Assembly (NCBI GenBank): GCA_043812955.1
Contig: JBDRLN010000012.1
Coordinates: 12,749 to 76,748, forward strand
Reading direction: 5' to 3'
Length of the DNA: 64,000 nt
Origin: Candidatus Omnitrophota bacterium
Lineage (GTDB): Bacteria; Omnitrophota; Gorgyraeia; Gygaellales; Profunditerraquicolaceae
Part shown: positions 9,049 to 18,185 of the stretch, one piece after another
Layout: each line of letters starts with the position of its first letter
How positions within the stretch are numbered: the stretch's first letter is position 1
Made by a program: the position numbers and the translations under genes
Notes under the pieces: generated by a model
What the model was told of the DNA's origin: nothing
What the model saw: only the letters and a program-made list of their open reading frames with translations
Database searches by the model: none

Positions 9049-10407
9049 TTATTTGCTTCTTTTTACTGATTTCTTGGATTTTACCGAAACCAACGGATCA
9101 AAGAGTTCAATTATTTCGTCTTTTACAAATTTGACGCAGAATTCTTTCAGTAAACTATCCGGCATAGCCTTGATCTCAATAGCATTATCCAGCGAATATT
9201 TAACCAGCCTTCCTACAACGGTATGGGCTTCTTTAAAAGCCACTTTTCTATCTACCAGATAATATACCAGATCAGTGGCATACAAGGATTCGTCCTTCAG
9301 ATGTTCTTTTATTTTAGCTTCATTGAACTTAATAGTCCTGATCAATCCTGGTAAAACCTTTAATTCGCCTGAGACTATTTCCAAGGAATTAAATAAAGGC
9401 TCCTTATCCAGCTGCATATCCCGGTTATAGGTCAGGGGCAACCCTTTCATCAGAGTAAGTATACTGACTAAATTGCCGTATACCCGGGAAGAATAACCCC
9501 TGACCAGTTCCAGGACATCGGGATTTTTCTTCTGGGGCATTAATGAACTACCGGTGCAAAAAGACTCATCTATTTCAATAAAATCAAACTCTTTGCTCGA
9601 CCAGATTATGAGATCCTCGGATAGCCGGGATAAGTGCATGGCAATTATGGATAAGCAAGAGATAATTTCAATGATAAAATCCCGGTCGCTAACCGTATCC
9701 AGTGAATTAGAGGTTGCCTGGATATTAAGCATATTGCCGATCTTTAAACCTTTAAAGCAATCCAAGGCCTTAATATTATATTCCCGGCAATTTATGGGAG
9801 TCCCGGCTAATGCCCCCGAACCAAGCGTTACCTTCATATTTAGAGATATATAATCCAACCTCTCCAAATCCCGGCTTAGCATTTCAATATAGGCGCCAAG
9901 ATAATCTTTAAGATAAACCGGCTGGGCATGCTGCAGATGAGTAAAACCGGGTATTATAATATCTATGTTCTTGGCCATCAATTCATTAGTAGATTTAATG
10001 AATTTTACCACATCTGCCTTTAAACCGGCTATAGCCACTTTACAATACGCCTTAGTGGCAAATACCACCTGGTCATTTCTGGATCTGGCAGTATGTAGTT
10101 TTAAAGCCAGGCTGCCGACTTTTTTATACAGAATATTCTGGATATTAGTATGAATATCCTCAGACTTTTCATCCGGCCTAAAATTCCCCTTTACAACCTG
10201 GTTGTAAATAGAACGAATGGCCTTAGAGAGCTTCCTAGACTCAATTAGAGTCAAATATCCGACATTTTTCAAAACCTGGACATGGATCATCGAGCCGATA
10301 AGGTCATATTCAGCGATCTTGTAATCGTAATGAATAGACTTGGTAAATTCCTCGGCTATAGGATCTGTCTTCTTGCTGAATCTTCCGCCCCACAATTTCT
10401 CCGCCAT
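9049..10407 (-). CDS. argH: argininosuccinate lyase
   Basis: MAEKLWGGRFSKK N-terminus and fumarate-lyase signature GSSLMPQKKNPD; 452 aa. Confidence 0.9.
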   Translation of the reverse strand: MAEKLWGGRFSKKTDPIAEEFTKSIHYDYKIAEYDLIGSMIHVQVLKNVGYLTLIESRKLSKAIRSIYNQVVKGNFRPDEKSEDIHTNIQNILYKKVGSLALKLHTARSRNDQVVFATKAYCKVAIAGLKADVVKFIKSTNELMAKNIDIIIPGFTHLQHAQPVYLKDYLGAYIEMLSRDLERLDYISLNMKVTLGSGALAGTPINCREYNIKALDCFKGLKIGNMLNIQATSNSLDTVSDRDFIIEIISCLSIIAMHLSRLSEDLIIWSSKEFDFIEIDESFCTGSSLMPQKKNPDVLELVRGYSSRVYGNLVSILTLMKGLPLTYNRDMQLDKEPLFNSLEIVSGELKVLPGLIRTIKFNEAKIKEHLKDESLYATDLVYYLVDRKVAFKEAHTVVGRLVKYSLDNAIEIKAMPDSLLKEFCVKFVKDEIIELFDPLVSVKSKKSVKRSK

Positions 10408-10426
10408 CTCTTCTCCTAAAGTTTTT

Positions 10427-10456
10427 CTTTACCTTTACCTTTACCTTTACCTTTAC
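10427..10456. repeat. hexanucleotide tandem repeat (CTTTAC)x5 immediately upstream of the argH ribosome-binding site
   Basis: ctttacctttacctttacctttacctttac read directly, between the argG stop and argH start. Confidence 0.8.
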
Positions 10457-11638
10457 CTATCTTTGATATGGCATGCCCCAGATCTTAATAAAGCCTTCCG
10501 CTAATCTCTGGTCAAACTTATCTTCTTTTCCGTAAGTGCTCAATTCTTTTTTATAAAGCGAGTGCGCTGATTTTCGGGAAACCGGCGCGCAAACCCCTTT
10601 GGTCAATTTCAGCTTTATAGAACCGCTCACATATTTCTGAGTAGAATCAATAAAATCATCTAAAGCCTGCTTTAATGGAGAATACCATAATCCATAATAA
10701 ACCAATTCCGAATATTTTAAGCCGATAATTTCCTTAAAATGAGCTGTCTCCCGGTCCAAGACCAGACTCTCTAATTCCCGGTGAGCAATATGTAGTATAG
10801 TAGCAGCAGGCGCTTCATAGATCTCCCGGGATTTAATACCGACCAGCCTATTTTCAACCAAATCCTGTCTGCCCACTCCATACGTTCCGCCAACGACATT
10901 TAAATGACTTATTAAGTCTTTTAGCTTGTAAATCTTTCCGTCTATTTTCTTAGGTTTACCTTTTTCAAAATAAACCTCAATATATTTAGGATAGGTTGTG
11001 CCTCCTGCGGGGCTTTTAGTAATCAAATATGCGTCTTCAGGAGGTTCCTGCTCTAAATTCTCCAATATTCCGGCCTCAATGCTTACTCCCCAGATGTTCC
11101 GATCAATGCTATAAGGTTTTTTCTTAGTTACATCAATAGGTATATTTTTGGCTTTAGCATACTCTATTTCTTCTTCCCGAGACTTGAATTCCCATTCCCT
11201 GACCGGAGCCAAGATCTTCAGTTTCGAATCCAATATTCCGGCAGTAACTTCAAGCCTGACCTGATCATTTCCTTTTCCAGTACATCCATGCGCGATGCTA
11301 TCTGCCTTCTCCTTATGGGCTATCTCAACCAGATATTTAGCAATTAAAGGCCGGCCTAAAGCTGTAGCCAAAAGGTATTTGCCTTCATAAATAGCATTGG
11401 CTTTTAAAGCTGGCATGATAAAATCCTCAACAAATTCATCCTGTAGATCCTTGATATAAACCTTAGAAGCTCCGGCTGCCAAAGCCCTCTCCTCGATCGC
11501 CTCAAAACTCTCGCCTTGGCCCAGGCCCTGCCCTAAATCCGCAACAAAACAGATAACATCATAGCCTTTATCCTTTAACCATCTGACTATACAAGAAGTA
11601 TCTAAACCGCCGGAGTAAGCCAATACTACTTTATTCAT
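10457..11638 (-). CDS. argG: argininosuccinate synthase
   Basis: VVLAYSGGLDTS PP-loop and the ArgG pattern; 393 aa. Confidence 0.9.
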   Translation of the reverse strand: MNKVVLAYSGGLDTSCIVRWLKDKGYDVICFVADLGQGLGQGESFEAIEERALAAGASKVYIKDLQDEFVEDFIMPALKANAIYEGKYLLATALGRPLIAKYLVEIAHKEKADSIAHGCTGKGNDQVRLEVTAGILDSKLKILAPVREWEFKSREEEIEYAKAKNIPIDVTKKKPYSIDRNIWGVSIEAGILENLEQEPPEDAYLITKSPAGGTTYPKYIEVYFEKGKPKKIDGKIYKLKDLISHLNVVGGTYGVGRQDLVENRLVGIKSREIYEAPAATILHIAHRELESLVLDRETAHFKEIIGLKYSELVYYGLWYSPLKQALDDFIDSTQKYVSGSIKLKLTKGVCAPVSRKSAHSLYKKELSTYGKEDKFDQRLAEGFIKIWGMPYQR

Positions 11639-11660
11639 CTCCTCACCTCAACTATTGTAT

Positions 11661-11850
11661 TGGTATTGGGGACAGGTCCCTATGTGTATTGGGGACAGGT
11701 CCCTATGCTATAACACTATATAAAACAATAACTTCCAATTAGTCACTTTGCACTTTTATAGAATATAATTTATAATAAAAAGTGAAATGTGCCTTAATCT
11801 AACTAACATATATCCCAATAAGTTAGACCAAGGGGACCAGTCCCCCCCCT
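11661..11850. promoter_or_regulatory. argG upstream region with two 21-bp direct repeats (TATTGGGGACAGGTCCCTATG) each containing the palindrome GGGACAGGTCCC, plus a third palindrome GGGGACCAGTCCCC; candidate operator sites
   Basis: Repeats read directly at 11663-11710 and 11824-11842. Confidence 0.4.
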
Positions 11851-11855
11851 GCTTT

Positions 11856-12257
11856 TTACGGACAAGTCATTGCCGCACTTGGTTCTGCGTCACTACTATT
11901 AGTAAGATTAAAATACCTCTGGTCGCTGCTAAATCGCCTTGCCTGCACGCAACCGGAACTATAAACTGTATAGTTCCAATTTCGATTAGTATTATTGCTT
12001 AAGGAAACCGAAAGATTGTTATTGATTGCCATGATATCTGATACATTATTAATAGTAGAGTTAGGATAATACCTACCCATCTCCACAAAATATCCCTTTT
12101 GCGCTGACTGAAGTATTTTGAGGCTAGAAATAGCCTCTCTATCAGCTACCCTTTCAGTACTACCGGCAAAGTTCATCACGCTCAGGGTTGCCAGAATACT
12201 GATAATAACAAGAACAATATATAATTCTAAAAGAGTAAATCCTTTAGTATTCACCAT
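11856..12257 (-). CDS. prepilin-type N-terminal cleavage/methylation domain protein (type IV pilin / pseudopilin-like)
   Basis: KGFTLLELYIVLVIISILA is the class-III signal/N-methylation motif followed by a hydrophobic helix. Confidence 0.7.
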   Translation of the reverse strand: MVNTKGFTLLELYIVLVIISILATLSVMNFAGSTERVADREAISSLKILQSAQKGYFVEMGRYYPNSTINNVSDIMAINNNLSVSLSNNTNRNWNYTVYSSGCVQARRFSSDQRYFNLTNSSDAEPSAAMTCP

Positions 12258-13182
12258 TCCTCCATTTTAGTTTTAGTAATTTAATCAGTACTGCCTTTTG
12301 AATATGCATCCTGTTTTCCGCCTGATCAAATACTATAGAATTAGGACTATCCATGATCTCACTGGTAATTTCCAGGCCCCGGTGCGCTGGCAGACAATGC
12401 ATAATCAATGTCTTTTTTTTAGCTAACCTGACTAATTTACTATTCAGCTGAAATTCCTGGAAAATTTTCTGCCTTTTCTTAGTTTCTGACTCCTGGCCCA
12501 TACTTGCCCACACATCAGTATATATAACATCGGATCCCTTAACTGCTTCCCGCGGATTTAAAAAAAGCTTTATCTTAGATCCGGTCCTAGCGCCGGCATT
12601 TTTTGCCTCCCTAACAATAGCTGGATCAGGGGCATATCCTTTAGGCGTAGCGATATTCAAATTTAAACCTACCTTAGAAGCAGCATGCAGCAAAGAATGA
12701 CAAACGTTGTTTCCATCTCCTATATAAACTAAGGTTATACCTTTAAATTTAGAAAACTTCTCTTTAATAGTATAAATATCAGCTAACCCCTGACAAGGAT
12801 GGATAAGGTCAGACAGCCCATTAATTACCGGAACACTTGCATACCTAGCCATATCCAATAAACTCTTCTGGGCAAATGTCCTAAGGACTATCGCATCAAC
12901 ATACCGGCTTAGAGTCCTGGCCACATCCGGTATACTCTCCCTTACCCCTAATTTAATATGTTCAGGCCCGAGATATATCGAATTCCCTCCTAATTCATAC
13001 ATTCCTACCTGAAAAGAAACATAAGTTCTATTAGACGGCTTTTCAAATATCAAAGCCAGGGTTTTACCCTTAAGCGAATCATTAAATTTAGCTGGATCTT
13101 TTTTAAGCTCTGTGGTTAGTTCCAATATTTCATTAACCTCTTTGGTACTTAAATCGCTAATACAAATCAGGTCTTTTTTCAC
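12244..13182 (-). CDS. argF: ornithine carbamoyltransferase (GTG start)
   Basis: Carbamoyltransferase fold with the HCLPAHRGLE motif; the carbamoyl-phosphate motif appears as SNRTY. GTG start overlaps the TGA of the upstream mini-ORF. Confidence 0.85.
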   Translation of the reverse strand: MKKDLICISDLSTKEVNEILELTTELKKDPAKFNDSLKGKTLALIFEKPSNRTYVSFQVGMYELGGNSIYLGPEHIKLGVRESIPDVARTLSRYVDAIVLRTFAQKSLLDMARYASVPVINGLSDLIHPCQGLADIYTIKEKFSKFKGITLVYIGDGNNVCHSLLHAASKVGLNLNIATPKGYAPDPAIVREAKNAGARTGSKIKLFLNPREAVKGSDVIYTDVWASMGQESETKKRQKIFQEFQLNSKLVRLAKKKTLIMHCLPAHRGLEITSEIMDSPNSIVFDQAENRMHIQKAVLIKLLKLKWRNGEY

Positions 13183-14438
13183 CCCGCACCTTCTTTCCTA
13201 TTCATTATTCTAAAACCTGTCGCCTTTAAGTCATTTAATTTTTTGGAAGGTGCGGGGTCCGCGCCCCTTAAAACATTATCCAATATCTTAATCGCCTTAT
13301 TAATTTCTGTTTTACCTATATTTAAAGCCGGCATTAACCTTAATACCGTATCGTGGGTACAATTAATCAATAATCCCTGTTTTAGGCATTGCTCGACTAT
13401 TTCTCTTCCCTCCTGTTTTAATTCCAATCCCCACATTAAACCCATTCCCCTTATCTCCTTAATCAGAGGATATTTATCCTTAAGCTCCAGTAGTTTAGCC
13501 TGGAGATACTCACTCATCTTTAAAGTATTACGCAAGATCTTTTCCTTTTGTATTGACCTTAAAACCGCTACCGCTGCCTTGGCTACCAATGGCCCTCCGC
13601 CGAAAGTAGAAGCGTGAGTGCCCGGGCTAAGGCAATCGGAAATCTCTTTTTTTACCATCATAGCGCCAATAGGTAAACCCCCGCCTAAGGCCTTAGCCAT
13701 AGTAAAGATATCCGGGACAATCCCGTAATTCTGCCAGGCAAACATTTTACCGGTGCGCCCGATGCCAGTCTGAACCTCGTCAATTATCAAAAGAATATTT
13801 TCATCATCGCAAAGCTGCCGCAAATTCAGGATAAAACCCCGGGTAGCGATATTAATCCCGCCTTCACCCTGCACCAATTCCAGCATTATAGCCGCAGTCT
13901 TAGGGGTAAGCGCGCATTTTAGCGCTGAGAAATCATTAAATTTAACTGTCTTAAAACCCTCGGGCAGGGGCGCGAAGCCCTGCTGATATTTAGCCTGGCC
14001 TGTAGCTGCCAAAGCAGCCAGAGTCCTTCCATGAAAAGAATTTTCAAAAGTAATAACCTCATACTTGCCTTTGCCGAATTTACGGCTGAATTTTATTGCC
14101 GCCTCATTTGCCTCAGCCCCGGAATTGCAAAAAAAAGCCTTAAACGGATACTTGGTCCAATGATTTAATTCCCGGGCTAATTTTGCCTGGGGTAAATTAT
14201 AATAATTATTGGGCACAAAGATCAGTTTAGTAACCTGGTCTTTCACAGCTGACATCACCTTGGGATGGCAATGACCTAAATTACAGACCCCCCATCCGGG
14301 AAAAAAATCCAAATATTTATTTCCCTGGATATCCCAAAGAAAGCTGCCTTTTCCTTTAACAAATACTAGAGGCTGCTTGGTATAGGTGGGCATTACATAA
14401 TCTTTATAGATATTAAACACATCCTGGAGCTTGGTCAT
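13179..14438 (-). CDS. argD: acetylornithine aminotransferase
   Basis: Class-III PLP aminotransferase (FCNSGAEANEAAIK, DEVQTGIGRTG); 419 aa including a ~30-aa C-terminal extension encoded by the repeated intergenic element. Confidence 0.85.
   Translation of the reverse strand: MTKLQDVFNIYKDYVMPTYTKQPLVFVKGKGSFLWDIQGNKYLDFFPGWGVCNLGHCHPKVMSAVKDQVTKLIFVPNNYYNLPQAKLARELNHWTKYPFKAFFCNSGAEANEAAIKFSRKFGKGKYEVITFENSFHGRTLAALAATGQAKYQQGFAPLPEGFKTVKFNDFSALKCALTPKTAAIMLELVQGEGGINIATRGFILNLRQLCDDENILLIIDEVQTGIGRTGKMFAWQNYGIVPDIFTMAKALGGGLPIGAMMVKKEISDCLSPGTHASTFGGGPLVAKAAVAVLRSIQKEKILRNTLKMSEYLQAKLLELKDKYPLIKEIRGMGLMWGLELKQEGREIVEQCLKQGLLINCTHDTVLRLMPALNIGKTEINKAIKILDNVLRGADPAPSKKLNDLKATGFRIMNRKEGAG
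13183..13270 (-). promoter_or_regulatory. Conserved ~85-nt structured intergenic element, copy 1 (upstream of argF): 5' CCCCGCACCTTC pairs with 3' GAAGGTGCGGGG (the argF SD); contains mini-ORF MNRKEGAG whose TGA overlaps the argF GTG
   Basis: Near-identical copies at 16442-16517 and 56700-56769. The argD ORF reads through this element to its stop at 13179. Confidence 0.6.
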
Positions 14439-15289
14439 TTTATTATCTCCGTGCCGATACCCTTATCGGTAAATATCTCCAGAAGCAAGGCATGAGAGAT
14501 GCAGGCATCAATAATATGGGTCTTTTTTACGCCTTTATCCAGGGCCTCAATACAAGCCTTAACCTTGGGGATCATCCCCTGTTGAATAACCTTACTTTTA
14601 ATCAACCCCCGGGCGTCTTCTTCGTTTAAAGTCGAGATAAAAGAATGCTGATCCTCTGGGTTACGCATAATACCTTTTACATTAGTCAATAAAACTAGCT
14701 TTTCCGCCTTTAAAGAAGCTGCGACATTAGCAGCCGCCTCATCGGCATTGACATTATAAGCAAACTTATCCAATCCTACGCCCATCGGTAAAATAGCTAC
14801 TAAGGCGTTACTCCTTAATTCATCAAGGATAACCTGGCCATTTACCCCAATGATATTTCCGACCCGGCCTAAATCTATTTTGGCTTTTTTCTTCTCAGCC
14901 TGGATCAAACCTTTATGTTTGCCGTTTAACCCTACTGCCTTTACGCCCATCCCTAAAATCTCTTTAACTATTATATCGTTTAATTTTTGTAATTCTTCTT
15001 CAACCACTACCAGGGTCTCTTCATCAGTTACCCGCATGCCATCGACAAAATCAGTTTTCTTCCCTGAGGCCCGCATCCGGTCGCTGATATTCGGGCCGCC
15101 GCCATGGACTAATACCGGCTTTAAACCGATAAAACTCAAAAACACAATATCTTCTAATACGCCTTTACGTATTTTATCCTCGCCCAATATACTGCCTCCG
15201 TATTTGATCACAATAATTTTATTGTGAAATTTTCGGATATAAGGCAAGGCCTCGATCAAAACATCCGCTTTCTTAATAGCTTCTTCCAT
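14435..15289 (-). CDS. argB: acetylglutamate kinase
   Basis: Amino-acid kinase family: VIKYGGS, VLVHGGGP; 284 aa. Confidence 0.9.
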   Translation of the reverse strand: MEEAIKKADVLIEALPYIRKFHNKIIVIKYGGSILGEDKIRKGVLEDIVFLSFIGLKPVLVHGGGPNISDRMRASGKKTDFVDGMRVTDEETLVVVEEELQKLNDIIVKEILGMGVKAVGLNGKHKGLIQAEKKKAKIDLGRVGNIIGVNGQVILDELRSNALVAILPMGVGLDKFAYNVNADEAAANVAASLKAEKLVLLTNVKGIMRNPEDQHSFISTLNEEDARGLIKSKVIQQGMIPKVKACIEALDKGVKKTHIIDACISHALLLEIFTDKGIGTEIIK

Positions 15290-15304
15290 AGTTTTTTACC
15301 TCAT

Positions 15305-16441
15305 CTAGTTATAGGCTGCGTTGATCTTAATATACTCGGGGGTAAGGTCGCAGGTATAAACCGTCGAACCACAATTACCCGCAAAGAGATTAACCTTAAC
15401 CTCGATATCTTGCTTATCTAAAGGGCTTAAAAAAACTTTTAATCTATCTTCATTAAAACTTACTCCGGCCGCCCCAATGCCTGCCGCCACTCTGCCGAAA
15501 TTAGGATTTTCCCCGAAAATCGCGGTCTTAAATAAATTAGAATTTGCAATTGCCAAACCCGCCTGTTTGGCTTCCTTTTTGCTCCTGGCTCCAGTCACAT
15601 TAATCTTAATAAATTTAGTAGCCCCCTCGCCATCCCGGATTATCATCTTCGCTAATTCCAGGCAAACTAAGCTTAAAGCCTTAAGAAATAACTGGTAGCC
15701 AATCCCATCATTAATAAGTTTATTTTCAGCAGCCCCGTTAGCCAGAATGATCACGGTATCATTTGTACTCATACACCCGTCAACTGTAATGCAATTAAAA
15801 GAATCATCTACTGCCATCCTCAAGGCCTTATCCAGGCCGGGCTGGGTAATTAAAGCATCCGTAAATATAAACCCGAGCATTGTCGCCATATTCGGGGCGA
15901 TCATACCTGAACCTTTGGCAATACCGCAGATTTTTATCCGCTGGCGGCCGTAGCTAAACTCTAGAGTAACTTCTTTGGTAATGATATCCGTAGTCAGAAT
16001 CGCTAATTTAGCTTTTTCTATCCCCTTAGGCGTTAATCCGGCAATCAATTCCGGAATAAACTTTTTTATTTTATCCATAGGCAGCCTTTTACCGATAATT
16101 CCGGTAGAGGCCACCAATACACCCTCTTTTTTTAAACCCATTTCCCGGGATAATATCCGGGCAGTCTCCTGAGCATCCCTCAATCCTTGCGCACCGGTAA
16201 AACAATTGGCATTACCGCTGTTAACTATTATCGCCTGAAAAACCTTTTCTTGCTTAAGATGTCTTTGGTTTAATTTCAAGGGAGCAGCCTTAATTTTATT
16301 AGCGGTAACTACACAACTAGCCTTGGCCGGCACTAAAGAATAGAATAAGGCTAAATCCGGTTTCCCGGATCTTTTAATCCCCGCGCATAAACCATTAGCT
16401 TTAAAACCAATAGGTAAAATAGCTTTTTTAAAGATCTTCAC
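15305..16441 (-). CDS. argJ: bifunctional glutamate N-acetyltransferase / amino-acid acetyltransferase (GTG start)
   Basis: ArgJ autoproteolytic-site motif ATMLGFIFTDA; 378 aa. Confidence 0.9.
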   Translation of the reverse strand: MKIFKKAILPIGFKANGLCAGIKRSGKPDLALFYSLVPAKASCVVTANKIKAAPLKLNQRHLKQEKVFQAIIVNSGNANCFTGAQGLRDAQETARILSREMGLKKEGVLVASTGIIGKRLPMDKIKKFIPELIAGLTPKGIEKAKLAILTTDIITKEVTLEFSYGRQRIKICGIAKGSGMIAPNMATMLGFIFTDALITQPGLDKALRMAVDDSFNCITVDGCMSTNDTVIILANGAAENKLINDGIGYQLFLKALSLVCLELAKMIIRDGEGATKFIKINVTGARSKKEAKQAGLAIANSNLFKTAIFGENPNFGRVAAGIGAAGVSFNEDRLKVFLSPLDKQDIEVKVNLFAGNCGSTVYTCDLTPEYIKINAAYN

Positions 16442-16517
16442 CCTGCACCTTCTTTTATATTCATAATCTTAAAAACTTTCACCTCTAAATCATTTAATTT
16501 TTTAGAAGGTGCGGGGT
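16442..16517 (-). promoter_or_regulatory. Conserved ~85-nt structured intergenic element, copy 2 (argC stop to argJ start); mini-ORF MNIKEGAG with TGA overlapping the argJ GTG
   Basis: TGAACCCCGCACCTTCTAAAAAATTAAATGATTTAGAGGTGAAAGTTTTTAAGATTATGAATATAAAAGAAGGTGCAGGGTGAAG on the minus strand. Confidence 0.6.
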
Positions 16518-17543
16518 TCATTTTAACCCAGTCGTTTCGGACAAGCCATACATAATATTCATATTCTGGAGCGCCTGGCCGGAAGCCCCTTTGAGAAGAT
16601 TGTCAATTACCGCGATAATTATTATCTTATCGCCATCGTCTTTAACCGCGATATCGCAGAAATTCGTCCCTACCACATCTTTGAGCTTAGGAAAAACCCC
16701 TGCTTCTTTAATTCTTACGAAAGGTTCGTTTTTATAGAATTTCCTATATAGCTCTATTAAACTTTGCGCTTTGAGCTTTACGCTTTGAGCTTTATTAATA
16801 TATATAGTTTCCAAGATCCCTCTATTTAAAGGCAGAAGATGCGGCACAAAAGTAACCTCGATTTTCTTACCCGAAATCCGGGATAATTCCTGGTTGATTT
16901 CGGGTTTATGCTGATGGTTATTAATCTTGTAGGCTTTAAAATCCTCATTAATCTCCGAAAAAAGGAAATCCTCAGCGATTTTTCTGCCTGCGCCAGTTAC
17001 CCCGGATTTAGCGTCGATGATTATTGAGCCGCCTTCAATTAAATTCACGGCTAGAACAGGAGCTAAGGCTAAAATTGCCGCGGTCGGATAACACCCGGGG
17101 TTGGCGATTAATTTTGCTTTTTTAATCTTTATCCGGTAAATTTCAGGCAAGCCATAAACCGCTTCTTTTAGATATGTTTTATCTTTATGCTTAGTCTTAT
17201 AAAATTCTTCATAAACTGAAGTGCTTTTTAGCCTGTAATCAGCGCTTAAATCAATGACTTTCTTTCCGGCGGATAATAATCTCGGGACAACCTCCATAGA
17301 AACTGTATGCGGTAATGCCAAAAAAACCAGGTCGCATTTATCAGCAATTTCTTTTATATCAATCTCCTTGCAGACCAGGTCAAGTTTTTGTTTAAATTTA
17401 GGAAATATATCCGATATTATCCTGGGTTTATCTATTTTGGCATAGAGCCCGGATATCCTGACGTTAGGATGTTTTAAAAGCATCTCGATCAAGATTTCGC
17501 CGGCATAACCGGTTGCACCCACAATTCCCGCGTTTATCAACAT
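16518..17543 (-). CDS. argC: N-acetyl-gamma-glutamyl-phosphate reductase
   Basis: GIVGATGYAGE N-terminus and active-site Cys motif ANPGCYPTA; 341 aa. Confidence 0.9.
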   Translation of the reverse strand: MLINAGIVGATGYAGEILIEMLLKHPNVRISGLYAKIDKPRIISDIFPKFKQKLDLVCKEIDIKEIADKCDLVFLALPHTVSMEVVPRLLSAGKKVIDLSADYRLKSTSVYEEFYKTKHKDKTYLKEAVYGLPEIYRIKIKKAKLIANPGCYPTAAILALAPVLAVNLIEGGSIIIDAKSGVTGAGRKIAEDFLFSEINEDFKAYKINNHQHKPEINQELSRISGKKIEVTFVPHLLPLNRGILETIYINKAQSVKLKAQSLIELYRKFYKNEPFVRIKEAGVFPKLKDVVGTNFCDIAVKDDGDKIIIIAVIDNLLKGASGQALQNMNIMYGLSETTGLK

Positions 17544-17661
17544 ATTAGTGCTCCTTAAATACTCCGCTTAAAAAACCTAAAAGATTTTACCCCAAAATGA
17601 GCTGGCTCTACCGGATGCCTATATTATACATTTAACAAATTTTAAATCAAGTATTTTTCTC

Positions 17662-17702
17662 GTCGGTGTATAAAATAAAAAATCCCGCTCACTTTTTGCG
17701 GG
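17662..17702 (-). terminator. intrinsic terminator downstream of rpsI (stem CCCGC/GCGGG followed by a U-run on the minus strand)
   Basis: Minus strand reads CCCGCAAAAAGTGAGCGGGATTTTTTATTTTAT. Confidence 0.6.
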
Positions 17703-17710
17703 ACCTTTAT

Positions 17711-17764
17711 AAATCTACCTGCAACCTATCCTACCTACTATCTACCTGCCTACCGGCAGGCAGG
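17711..17764. repeat. REP-like element: CTACCT short repeats plus palindrome CCTGCCTACCGGCAGGCAGG
   Basis: Read directly; same family as 5159-5234, 25486-25505, 43467-43486 and 58901-59037. Confidence 0.6.
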
Positions 17765-17785
17765 CTACCTACTACATACTGTCTT

Positions 17786-18181
17786 TTACCTCTTGGTCCA
17801 CTGGAAGCGTTTACGGGCGCCCTTCTGCCCGGACTTCTTACGCTCTTTCATCCTAGGATCACGGGTAAGAAAACCGTTTTTACGTAAAGTCTCTTTGAGC
17901 TGTGGCTCTGCCGACATTAAAGCCCTGGCTATTCCTAAACGGATCGCCCCGGCCTGACCGGCTAACCCGCCGCCCTGAATATTAGCCGCTACGTCATATT
18001 TTCCGGCGGTATTAGTTAATTCTAACGGCTGACGGACGATGATCCTGTCTGTCTCGCGGATAAAATACTCTTCAAAAACCCGGTGATTAACCGTAATCTT
18101 TCCCTTACCAGGAATAAGATATATCCTAACCTTGGCTTCCTTACGCCTACCTATTGCCGCATATTTTATAATATCGCTCAT
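17786..18181 (-). CDS. rpsI: 30S ribosomal protein S9
   Basis: GGGLAGQAGAIRLGIARAL and C-terminal KRFQWTKR; 131 aa. Confidence 0.9.
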   Translation of the reverse strand: MSDIIKYAAIGRRKEAKVRIYLIPGKGKITVNHRVFEEYFIRETDRIIVRQPLELTNTAGKYDVAANIQGGGLAGQAGAIRLGIARALMSAEPQLKETLRKNGFLTRDPRMKERKKSGQKGARKRFQWTKR

Positions 18182-18185
18182 ATTA

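Noticed and set aside
10427-10456. Possible CRISPR array suggested by the regular GGTAAA/CTTTAC repeats
   Set aside because: The repeat unit is 6 nt, contiguous, with no spacers and no cas genes. It is a simple-sequence repeat, not CRISPR.
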